A stretch of DNA of 40,637 nucleotides from Verrucomicrobiota bacterium (GTDB lineage: Bacteria > Verrucomicrobiota > Verrucomicrobiia > Limisphaerales > CANJXF01): NCBI GenBank assembly GCA_038214755.1, contig JBBQRQ010000044.1, positions 1 through 40,637 on the forward strand. Direction: 5' to 3'. Below, piece by piece: positions 9,285 through 17,053 of this stretch; the first letter of the stretch is position 1; the number at the start of each line of letters is the position of its first letter. Position numbers and translations under genes: made by a program. The notes beneath the pieces were generated by a model. That model was not told the DNA's origin, did no database searches, and worked only from the letters and a program-made list of their open reading frames with translations.

Positions 9285-9854
9285 TTGAAAAACCGAGCCG
9301 TATTTCTCGACCGCGATGGCACCATCATCGAAGAAAAAGATTATCTGCACAAGCCGGAGGACGTGGTCGTGTTTCCCGGAGCAGCTTCGTCCTTGAAAAA
9401 ATTGTGGGACGCCGGTTTCAAATTATTTCTCATGACGAACCAGTCTGGCGTCGGTCGCGGTTTGTTCACCATGGAGGACGTGGAAAAAGTTCACGCTTAT
9501 CTCAGCAGCGAACTTGCGCGGGGCGGGGTGAAGTTTGAAAAAATCTACGTTGCCCCCGAGCATCCCGATCAGCCCAGCCACGGACGCAAACCCTCTCCAC
9601 AATTTCTTTTCGATGCCCGTGATGAATTCGATCTCGACCTCTCCGCCAGCTACATGATCGGCGACAAGTTGAGCGACCTGGAATGCGGGTGGAATGCGGG
9701 TGTGAAAAAAAGTATTCTGGTGCGGACGGGCTATGGGAAATTAGTGGAACGGATGGGGCCAGCCAACATTTCGCGCGCGGTCGTGGTGGACGATTTCGAT
9801 GCCGCGACAGAATGGATTTTGACTCACGCTTCGGAGTTGCCTGAAAACCGCTGA
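9285..9854 (+). CDS. gmhB: D-glycero-D-manno-heptose-1,7-bisphosphate phosphatase-like HAD-IIIA hydrolase
   Basis: AVFLDRDGTI, TNQSGVGRG, RKPSP, SYMIGDKLSD, LVRTGYG. Confidence 0.85.
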   Translation: MKNRAVFLDRDGTIIEEKDYLHKPEDVVVFPGAASSLKKLWDAGFKLFLMTNQSGVGRGLFTMEDVEKVHAYLSSELARGGVKFEKIYVAPEHPDQPSHGRKPSPQFLFDARDEFDLDLSASYMIGDKLSDLECGWNAGVKKSILVRTGYGKLVERMGPANISRAVVVDDFDAATEWILTHASELPENR

Positions 9855-9910
9855 ACTTTTGCGAGCCAACGCGCGCGATGAATTGATCGCGGTGAGTGAA
9901 GGGGCAACAA

Positions 9911-10882
9911 CTATTTTTTCGCAGGCTCTGCTTCCTTCTTGGGCGCTTCCGCTTCTTTCTTCGCCACGGTCGAAACATCCCAGCCGCGAACGATGTTCAA
10001 TTTCGACAATGTTTTTTGCAAATTTGTTACGCCCGCATCCGTCACCTTGGTTTGCCAGAGATGAATATTTTTCAAGCGCGCCAGGCGTTTGAGATTTTCC
10101 AAACCGGCGTCACTCACCTGCGTGTCGAACAAATTTAAATATTCCAAATTTCCCAGACCTTTTAAATTCGCCAAACCCGCGTCGCCGATTTGCGTGTGCT
10201 CCAGATGAAGATGCGTGAGATTGGTCAAGCCTTTGATCGCGGCCAGACCGGAGTCGGTAATTTTTGTGCCCGCCAAATTCAAATCGACCAACCCCAAAAT
10301 ATCTTTCAGCGGCGCGATGGTGGCATCAGTGGCATTCGTGCTGAGAGAACGAAAGCTGGCTTCACGCCAATTGACATTTTGCGCAATGGGTCGAATGGCA
10401 ATGCCCAAGCCTTCAAACTTCGCAACCGCTTTCAACTCGGCGGGCGATGGTTTGTATTCGGCGAGTTTCACCGTTTCGGTTTTAGTTTCTGGTTCCGCTG
10501 GCGCGGAAGATTTTGCGACGACGCCCTCTGGCCAGTTCGCGCCTTGATTGATCCAATCGCGAATCAAATCCGTTTGCGCCTTGGTCAGCAAATCGCCTTT
10601 GCTCGGCATCACGTCGTCATGGTCTTTCGGCAAGGTGATGCGGTGATACAAATCACTTTTCGCAGCGTCGCCTGCCACGATGGACACTGCGTCTTTGCCG
10701 CCTTTCATCGCGGCTTCTTTCGTATCGAGCCGCAAGCCGCCTTTCCTTTTTTCGGGCCCATGACACTGGATGCAGGATTTTTCGAGGATCGGTTGGATGT
10801 CTTTTACAAAATCAACTTTCTCGGCGGCTGGCGCGGAAACGGCAAGAATAATTATCGCGGAAATCGAAGAGAAAATTTTCAT
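9911..10882 (-). CDS. Planctomycete-type cytochrome c fused to leucine-rich repeats
   Basis: Signal peptide from ATG 10882; VDFVKDIQPILEKSCIQCHG..KGGLRLD; repeats of LxxLxLxxTxITDxGL. Confidence 0.85.
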   Translation of the reverse strand: MKIFSSISAIIILAVSAPAAEKVDFVKDIQPILEKSCIQCHGPEKRKGGLRLDTKEAAMKGGKDAVSIVAGDAAKSDLYHRITLPKDHDDVMPSKGDLLTKAQTDLIRDWINQGANWPEGVVAKSSAPAEPETKTETVKLAEYKPSPAELKAVAKFEGLGIAIRPIAQNVNWREASFRSLSTNATDATIAPLKDILGLVDLNLAGTKITDSGLAAIKGLTNLTHLHLEHTQIGDAGLANLKGLGNLEYLNLFDTQVSDAGLENLKRLARLKNIHLWQTKVTDAGVTNLQKTLSKLNIVRGWDVSTVAKKEAEAPKKEAEPAKK

Positions 10883-10973
10883 GCGCAAATTTTTATCAGA
10901 TTTTTCAACGAAGTAAATCTTGTTGCACAACTGAAAGCGGAAAATTTGCGCACCCCGGCACTGTGGCGCGAGA

Positions 10974-11254
10974 GCGTTTTGGAGTGCGCCAGTCCTCTGG
11001 CGCTTTTTGGAGCGGTGAGGAGGGCAAATTCGTATTGCATATGCAACACGAATTTGTCCGTCGAAAGCACCAGGGGCGCATCTCAATTTCTTGCCAGACA
11101 ACGGAACGCCGATCTTGATCGGCTCGCCGAAAATGAAGAGCGTTCCAATGCCGATCAGGAGATCGGCGTTCCGTTGCCACCTCTTTCCGAAGATTTGAAA
11201 CCTGCAATTTAGTGAGATGCGCCCAAGCACCAGAGGACAGGTGCAGTCCAAAAC
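10974..11254. repeat. REPIN-like inverted pair with a second palindromic element nested inside
   Basis: GTTTTGGAGTGCGCCAGTCCTCTGGCGCTTT (10976-11006) and inverted mate AAGCACCAGAGGACAGGTGCAGTCCAAAAC (11225-11254). Nested perfect 16-bp IR CAACGGAACGCCGATC / GATCGGCGTTCCGTTG (11099-11176). Confidence 0.75.
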
Positions 11255-11338
11255 CTGGCGGACAGTTGAGGCGTTATTGAAATAAATGTTCTGCAACAAA
11301 ATGAGATGCGCCCTTGCACTATCGGAAATTAAAATTGC

Positions 11339-11405
11339 GACAGGTTGAACAGGATTTCGAGATCGTCCCCAATTTATCCTGTGTATCCTGTTTATCCTTG
11401 TTAAA
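11339..11405. repeat. Inverted 9-mer-periodic repeat element
   Basis: GACAGGTTGAACAGGATT ... ATCCTGTGT ATCCTGTTT ATCCTTGTT. Confidence 0.6.
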
Positions 11406-11419
11406 AAATCCGGGAACTT

Positions 11420-12862
11420 ATGACCAACATAATTAAATTCGGGACCTCCGGCTGGCGCGGACTCATCGCGCGCGATTTTACTTTTGCCAATGTCCGGCTC
11501 GCCGCGCAAGGCACGGCTGAGTTTTTGAACGCTCAACTCAAAACTCATCCCGCAGCGGGCGGGACAAAACTTAAAACGGTCGTCATCGGTTACGACACCC
11601 GGTTTCTCGGAAAAGAATTTGCGCTCGCGGTGGCGGAAGTTTTGACCGCCAACAACCTCACTCCTCTACTCTGCAATCGAGACACACCCACGCCGGTGAT
11701 CGCCTTCACCATTCGCAAACGCAAAGCGGTTGGCGGCATCAATATCACCGCCAGCCACAATCCGCCGGAATATTCCGGCTTCAAATTTTCGCTGCCAGAT
11801 GGCGCGGGCGCGCCGACGGAAGTGACAAAACAAATCGAGGCAAACGTGGCGAAACTGATTCAAGAGAATTGGAATTTTAAATCCGCCGTAATCGGAATCC
11901 TGCAGGCGCGGGACAAAACCATCGATCCGCAGCCGGATTATTTTAAACAAATCAAAAAGCTCGTCGATTTTTCCGCGATCAAAAAAGCGAAGATGAAAAT
12001 CGCGGTGAACTTCATGTTCGGAACCGGACGCGGCTATCTCGACACGCTACTCGAAGAAGCCGGCGCAAAAATTTTCAGGTTCAACGACGAGCCTAATCCG
12101 CTTTTCGGCGGACATCATCCTGAACCGGATGCCGGGAATATGGCGGACGTTGCAAAATTTGTTCGCAGCGGCAAAGCGCAACTCGGCCTCGGACTCGACG
12201 GCGACGCCGACCGTTTTGGCATTGTCGATAAGGACGGAACGTGGCTCACGCCCAACCAGATTCTTCCCCTGACGCTTTATCATCTGAAAAAAAATCGCGG
12301 CTGGACCGGCGCGGTCGTTCGCACCGTGCCAACAAGCCATCAAGTCGATGCCGTCGCGAAAATGCTCGGTGTGAAAATTTATGAAACGCCCGTTGGTTTC
12401 AAATACATCGGCGCACTCATGGAAAGTGAACCGATCATCGTCGGCGGCGAAGAATCCGGCGGACTAAGCGTTAAAGGTCACGTCCCCGAAAAAGACGGAA
12501 TCCTCGCCTGCCTGCTCATGGCGGAATTGGTCGCCGTCGAAAAAAAATCGCTCGGACAAATTTTAAAATCTTTGGAGAAAATCACTGGTGAATTTCACAC
12601 CGACCGCATCAACATCGCCATTCCTCCTGAAAAAAAAGCCACGTTGCTCCAACAACTTTCGCGGGGGCTGAAATCAATCGGCCCCTTCAAAGTGGAAAAA
12701 TTTATCACGACCGACGGCTACAAGTTTCTTTTACCAAACGACGAGTGGGTCGCCTTTCGCGCCAGCGGCACGGAGCCGCTGATTCGTTGTTACATCGAGG
12801 CGAAATCAAACGCGCAATTGAAAAAGTTGCGTGAAGTGTGCCGGAAGCTTTTAGAGGGTTGA
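11420..12862 (+). CDS. Phosphoglucomutase/phosphomannomutase family protein
   Basis: IKFGTSGWRG, TASHNP (phosphoserine), DGDADR (metal), GEESGG, FRASGTEP. Confidence 0.95.
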   Translation: MTNIIKFGTSGWRGLIARDFTFANVRLAAQGTAEFLNAQLKTHPAAGGTKLKTVVIGYDTRFLGKEFALAVAEVLTANNLTPLLCNRDTPTPVIAFTIRKRKAVGGINITASHNPPEYSGFKFSLPDGAGAPTEVTKQIEANVAKLIQENWNFKSAVIGILQARDKTIDPQPDYFKQIKKLVDFSAIKKAKMKIAVNFMFGTGRGYLDTLLEEAGAKIFRFNDEPNPLFGGHHPEPDAGNMADVAKFVRSGKAQLGLGLDGDADRFGIVDKDGTWLTPNQILPLTLYHLKKNRGWTGAVVRTVPTSHQVDAVAKMLGVKIYETPVGFKYIGALMESEPIIVGGEESGGLSVKGHVPEKDGILACLLMAELVAVEKKSLGQILKSLEKITGEFHTDRINIAIPPEKKATLLQQLSRGLKSIGPFKVEKFITTDGYKFLLPNDEWVAFRASGTEPLIRCYIEAKSNAQLKKLREVCRKLLEG

Positions 12863-12875
12863 TTTGCTGCCGCCT

Positions 12876-13247
12876 TTAATCTGGGTTAATCCCGAAAGCT
12901 CGTTCCAACTTCTGGAGCAGAAATTTTCGACCGGGATTTTCGTATTCCCGTTTGTGATGGAGAAACAAAAGAAAAACTTTTTTGGCAGATTTATTTATCG
13001 CGTAATAGATTCGCCAGCCTCCAGATGCCCCGATCCCGTGGCAACTATCTTTGCAACGCGTTTTAAAAATTGGCAACGCCAGGTGCTTCAATTCCGGAAC
13101 GTGATCGCCGATCAATTCAGGAGCAACAGCCAGTCGGCCTGTTAACCAGTTTAAATCTTCTTCCAGATTTTTGTGGCCCTCGGAAATGTATTTGTTCACC
13201 AAAGAATCAAAAGGGGAGAGGCGGACGATTGTAAAAGCGGCGGCCAC
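12876..13247 (-). CDS. RelE/HigB-like toxin, putative partner of the Panacea antitoxin
   Basis: IFKTRCKDS..GASGGWRIYY...VFLLFLHHK resembles the K-x-R...G-x-S-G-G-x-R-I-x-Y motif of the RelE superfamily. Lies 6 nt downstream of the DUF4065 gene. Confidence 0.7.
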   Translation of the reverse strand: MAAAFTIVRLSPFDSLVNKYISEGHKNLEEDLNWLTGRLAVAPELIGDHVPELKHLALPIFKTRCKDSCHGIGASGGWRIYYAINKSAKKVFLLFLHHKREYENPGRKFLLQKLERAFGINPD

Positions 13248-13253
13248 GCGAAT

Positions 13254-13814
13254 TTAGCTCAAGGCCGCGACATAATCGGCGAAGGTTTTCGACGACGCCA
13301 AATCCCGATCCAGTTCTTCAAACCCGATGCGGCGGCGATATTCGGCGAATTCGTAATCGATGGTTTTTCCATCCTCGGTGCTGGCCCACGGAGCTTCAGC
13401 ATGGGTCGCTGCTTCGATATCCGCAGCAGAAGCGTCGGCCCAATCCGCAGCTACTTTTTCCAACGTCTGCAATTCCGCGCCCGAAAATTTCGTCGGGTCG
13501 AAACGGGCATTCAGCGTAATCAGCCTGTGCTGCGTGTAGCCTTTGTGATCGACTTTAATTTCCTGCAACGACTTTTCTTTCTCCATCTTCGTGATCAACT
13601 TCTCGGCGACTTTCGGATACGGGCCGTGCGGCAGTTTGCGATAGACCGCGCCCGTAATGGGCCGGCCATATTTTTCGCAATGATCGAAGTCCACAAAATA
13701 AAGCAGCTTCATCAGCTTGGTGCGCCCGAGATGAACATTGTTGATGCGTTCCAGAAAATACAAAATCACCTGTTGCAATTTTTCTTCGGAATATTTGATC
13801 GCTCCACTCTTCAC
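13254..13814 (-). CDS. Panacea domain (DUF4065/SocA/GepA-like) antitoxin
   Basis: KLMKLLYFVDF..YGRPITG..Y.KLPHGP...THAEAPW...IDYE. Confidence 0.88.
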   Translation of the reverse strand: MKSGAIKYSEEKLQQVILYFLERINNVHLGRTKLMKLLYFVDFDHCEKYGRPITGAVYRKLPHGPYPKVAEKLITKMEKEKSLQEIKVDHKGYTQHRLITLNARFDPTKFSGAELQTLEKVAADWADASAADIEAATHAEAPWASTEDGKTIDYEFAEYRRRIGFEELDRDLASSKTFADYVAALS

Positions 13815-13826
13815 GGTAAAATTATA
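13815..13826 (-). promoter_or_regulatory. -10 box (TATAAT) 6 nt upstream of the Panacea gene GTG
   Basis: Minus strand reads TATAAT-TTTACC-GTG. TTGACG lies 20 nt further upstream (non-canonical spacing). Confidence 0.5.
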
Positions 13827-13863
13827 AAATCATACGTCGCAAACAACGTCAATGTCCGGCCTG

Positions 13864-13980
13864 TCATGCTTCATCCAAATCATTTTCTGACCTGATTCGA
13901 GCGCGCCGCGCAAATTGAAAAAATAGCCGATGACACCGCAAGCTCTCTGACGCGCGCCTGCTATCGAGGAAAAGATTCAC
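13864..13980 (-). pseudogene. PIN/VapC toxin stub
   Basis: GTG overlaps the upstream stop (GTGA). Begins MNLFLDS, then loses PIN character; only 38 aa. Confidence 0.4.
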
Positions 13981-14177
13981 TGCTTGGACTGAAACTTTTT
14001 CCAGTCGGCTTCATCTTCAGCAATCCAAGAGGTAACTTCTTGCGGAGAAAATTTTCGGGGAGCGGGTAGAGAATTGCCCTCGGCTCGCAGGCGCTCGGCG
14101 AGAAAGAGAAACAGTTTTTGTTTGTCCGTTGAAGGCAAACTGGCCGCTGCATTTTCAATTTCAAGCAAGGTGCTCAC
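13977..14177 (-). CDS. Small antitoxin-like protein (66 aa)
   Basis: MSTLLEIENAAASLPSTDKQKLFLFLAERL. GTG 14177 is supported by promoter geometry, and the gene is coupled to a PIN stub. Confidence 0.6.
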   Translation of the reverse strand: MSTLLEIENAAASLPSTDKQKLFLFLAERLRAEGNSLPAPRKFSPQEVTSWIAEDEADWKKFQSKQ

Positions 14178-14213
14178 GGATGAGAAAATATCATCGTCGT
14201 TAATTTGCTTCAA
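14178..14213 (-). promoter_or_regulatory. Sigma70 promoter with extended -10, leaderless geometry
   Basis: TTGAAG-17nt(ending TGA)-TATTTT-7nt-GTG. Confidence 0.6.
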
Positions 14214-14273
14214 TGCCTCTTTCGCTGGAATCAAAACACGATTGGAAACGATGGTGAAATTCGAGGAGCAAAC

Positions 14274-14687
14274 TTATTTCACTTTCGTCACCGGCTGATC
14301 GGGATGCGCGGGATTAGGGATGAGCTTTTGGTTCGCGCAATCAACCAGGAGATCGAGTTTTTCCAAAACCGTTTGGCCAATCAACACTTCGTCGCCGAGA
14401 ACAAGCGCTTCTTCCAAAGTGTCGCGACCATTAATTTCCATGACGATGGGTTCGGTCACGCCGACGGTTTCTTTGCGGCCATCCGCATATTCGGCGACGC
14501 GTTGGCCGCGAATGGAAACTCCCAATTTCTCAACGACATGAGCGGGCAAAACAGAACGAACTGCGCTCCTGTCAACCAGTGCGGTTGCTTCGTAGCGGCG
14601 AATTTTTTGTTCGGGCAATTGTCGGCGGCGCGAAAGCATTTCGTCCAGTGAATTGGTGAGTTTGATTTGAACGTGAACCGCGACCAT
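14274..14687 (-). CDS. Clan AA (retropepsin-like) aspartic protease family protein with altered catalytic motif
   Basis: ALVD(RS)A...LP..VVEKLG...YADGR...LVLGDEVLIGQTVLEKLDL.VD. The canonical DTG reads DRS. Confidence 0.75.
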   Translation of the reverse strand: MVAVHVQIKLTNSLDEMLSRRRQLPEQKIRRYEATALVDRSAVRSVLPAHVVEKLGVSIRGQRVAEYADGRKETVGVTEPIVMEINGRDTLEEALVLGDEVLIGQTVLEKLDLLVDCANQKLIPNPAHPDQPVTKVK

Positions 14688-14730
14688 AAGTTTATCGCTT
14701 TTTTTTTTTTACATCGACGCACCAAATCAT

Positions 14731-14764
14731 GTTTCAGCCTACGGGGTGAAGTTTGGGGCGTCAA
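14731..14764 (-). promoter_or_regulatory. Sigma70-like promoter upstream of the aspartic protease gene
   Basis: TTGACG-17nt-TAGGCT, 5 nt before an ATG that opens a 12-codon mini-ORF (MIWCVDVKKKKR*). Confidence 0.45.
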
Positions 14765-14842
14765 TTTTTCCCGCTTGCCTAAGCTGCTTCAAAAGGTTGC
14801 CTCGAGAATGGCCGGAAGAAAAACGATGTGTCGTTTCCGTCG

Positions 14843-15070
14843 TCACTGCGTTTTCGCTTGGGAGGGACCGCGACCAACACTCACCACTTGCGCCAGATCA
14901 ACAAAGCGAAAGCCGCCTTCCGGCAGAACGAGGAGAAACTCGCTGCCGTTCGGCATAAAAAAAAGATGATCGCCGGTGGCGACGGTAAGGCTTCGCCCGT
15001 CCGCTAAATGAATTTCGAATGATTTGAAGGGCGTGATGTCGCGCATCTCCTTCAAGGTCTCTAGTGTCAT
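14843..15070 (-). CDS. Small conserved hypothetical protein (PVC-type PFxxFxIHLADGR family)
   Basis: PFKSFEIHLADGRSLTV motif; 75 aa. Confidence 0.7.
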   Translation of the reverse strand: MTLETLKEMRDITPFKSFEIHLADGRSLTVATGDHLFFMPNGSEFLLVLPEGGFRFVDLAQVVSVGRGPSQAKTQ

Positions 15071-15074
15071 AAAC

Positions 15075-15370
15075 CTATTTTCCGTTTTTGATTGCCGATG
15101 TCAATTGTTGCCCGCTGGACGATTTCGTGCGCGCTCGAACTCGTTCGCGGATGCCGTTGAAGTCGGTTTTGGTCAGGGAAGTGGTTGGTTTATCTGCGGC
15201 TTCCAAAAGCCACTTCTCCAATTCGGGTGTGTAACGACGAACGGCCTGCGTTGCAGTTAGCGAATGGAGCGAATGACGTCGTTGACCAATTCGCTGGCGT
15301 CGGCGCAAACACCGGAACGCACTTGAGCTTGCAGGAATTCTTCGACATCTCTGGCAAGGGCGACTGTCAT
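15075..15370 (-). pseudogene. ParD-like RHH antitoxin pseudogene (nonsense codon plus frameshift)
   Basis: MTVALARDVEEFLQAQVRSGVCADASELVNDVIRSIR* LQRRPFVV, then an ACAC slippage shifts the frame into TPELEKWLLEAADKP...FNGIRERVRAR. Confidence 0.65.
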
Positions 15371-15950
15371 GGAGAAACTTTATCTTTCGTTGATGATCTT
15401 GGCAAGCAGACCATCTTAACGAAAAGATTTAAAACAGAATGTTCTCAATAAATTCGGTTAAGTGATCTGCTGGTTTTCGGTGTCGTCGTGCGACCACGAC
15501 GAGTTCGCGGGTGAACCGCTGAGAAAGCGCAATGCGTTGAATCGAATGCTTGTTTCCATAAAGTGCGAGCGCACGAATCGGAACAAAACTCGCGCCCATG
15601 CCAAGCGCGGCGAGGTTGATAATCAAATCAAAATTGTCGAGTTGCATCATCGGCGTGACTGGCCATTGCTCGCGGGAAATCCATTTTCGCAAACGTTGGC
15701 CGGTGTTGGACGATTCGTTGATGAGAAGCCAGCGTTGCTCTTCCATCCACGTTCGCACGGCTTTGGCACTGGACGATTTTGGCGCGGCGAGAGTACGTGA
15801 AGAAACTAGCGTAAACGTGTCCTTTGGAAATGGAACCGCAAACGCCGTTACGCATCTGCAAACGCAGGAATTCTTCGGCGTCTCTCGCAAGGGCAACGGT
15901 CATTGCGAAACGCTATCTTCCGCAGATTACGTTGGCAAGCGAACCATCTT
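15304..15950. repeat. Diverged 114-bp direct repeat (15304-15417 and 15837-15950): promoter plus 5' end of the ParD-like gene
   Basis: Ungapped hand alignment gives about 27 mismatches in 114 nt. Both copies keep TTGCCA-17nt-TAnnGT-6nt-ATG on the minus strand. Confidence 0.8.
15429..15835 (-). pseudogene. LysR-family regulator, C-terminal substrate-binding fragment only
   Basis: MQLDNFDLIINLAALGMGASFVP...RELVVVARR...LTEFIENILF. No N-terminal HTH; the 5' junction falls inside the ParD-like stub. Confidence 0.75.
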
Positions 15951-16001
15951 TCGCACACTTCCTATATCGCCGGGAAGAACTACGCACTTTTGGCTGATCT
16001 C

Positions 16002-17021
16002 TTAAAATCTCCAACTTACTCCCGCGGTAACATAAACTGTTGCTTGCTGATCGAGCCGGGCTTTGCGCGTGCCCACCGACTGGTCCAAGTCGTTAAGACT
16101 TTGGAATTGCGCGCCGACATAGACGCCCCAGCTTTCGGAAAAGTCGTAGCGGAGCATCGCGCTGACATACGCACCGTAAAGCAGTTCTGTCTTGGAGGAG
16201 TCGCCGCGTGTCACAGACGTGCCGCCGGCAACGCGTCTGGTCGTCTCGGAAAATTCATATTCGATGGAAGCTGGTGCGAGACTCAAGCCCACGCTCGCGG
16301 ACAGGCTCCATTGTTCCGCGAAATTCCATTCAGCAAAAGGGCCGAGACGGATGCCATAAATTTGGCCGCTCAGCTTTTGTTGGCTCGACATCATTTCGGA
16401 CGTCACGGTGCGCGTCGGGATGTCTCCAAGGAATGCGCCCGGTCCGTTGAAGGTTCCGTGATAGCCCGCGCCGGGAGGCAAAACGCCGTTCAGAGAATAA
16501 GCATCGGTAGTCAGCGTTGAAGTGCCGCTCCGTTTCGATTTTAAATCCAGGTCGGTATAACTAAAACCAGCTTCAAAGCCCCAGCGGCTGGATGGCCCAA
16601 ACAATTCGCCAATCACCCGTTGGTACGTCAGTTCAACCCCGTATTGGGGTTCGTCGTCGGCTGTTTGGTTGGCGACACTAGAGTTTGCCTGTCTGGCGTG
16701 GAACTGCATGGTATCACCGACGACCTGCGAATTGTTTTCATAACCCCAATTCCAAGTGGAACCGCCCGCGTTACCGCTGCTGTCCAAGAGGACATAGCCG
16801 TCATCATAGGTGTGATTCACGCCGCCCGTGGCAGGGCCGGGATTGGTTCCAGGGATGCCTGGAGTAATGGCGCGGTTGCGAAAGTCGGCTTTGAAGTTCA
16901 TGCCAAAGCGCGGACCAAAACTGAATCGATTTGGATTATCATGCGAGTCCGCGCCGAGCAGGGTCAAAGGAGCGGCGGCGGCGGCAAGTGTAAGGGTGGT
17001 GGAAACGAGAATGCGGTTCAT
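16002..17021 (-). CDS. Secreted outer-membrane beta-barrel-like protein
   Basis: Signal peptide; alternating amphipathic strands (YGVELTYQR, WGFEAGFSY, YGIRLGPFAEW, WGVYVGAQF); C-terminal YVTAGVSWRF resembles a BAM signal. Confidence 0.75.
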   Translation of the reverse strand: MNRILVSTTLTLAAAAAPLTLLGADSHDNPNRFSFGPRFGMNFKADFRNRAITPGIPGTNPGPATGGVNHTYDDGYVLLDSSGNAGGSTWNWGYENNSQVVGDTMQFHARQANSSVANQTADDEPQYGVELTYQRVIGELFGPSSRWGFEAGFSYTDLDLKSKRSGTSTLTTDAYSLNGVLPPGAGYHGTFNGPGAFLGDIPTRTVTSEMMSSQQKLSGQIYGIRLGPFAEWNFAEQWSLSASVGLSLAPASIEYEFSETTRRVAGGTSVTRGDSSKTELLYGAYVSAMLRYDFSESWGVYVGAQFQSLNDLDQSVGTRKARLDQQATVYVTAGVSWRF

Positions 17022-17053
17022 AGAGTTGCGTTAGTTAGGAGTGCGATACTCGA

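Noticed and set aside
10883..11548. N-terminal ~220 aa of the 545-aa ORF 9911..11548
   Set aside because: It is translated repeat DNA overlapping the phosphomutase gene. The signal peptide starts at ATG 10882.
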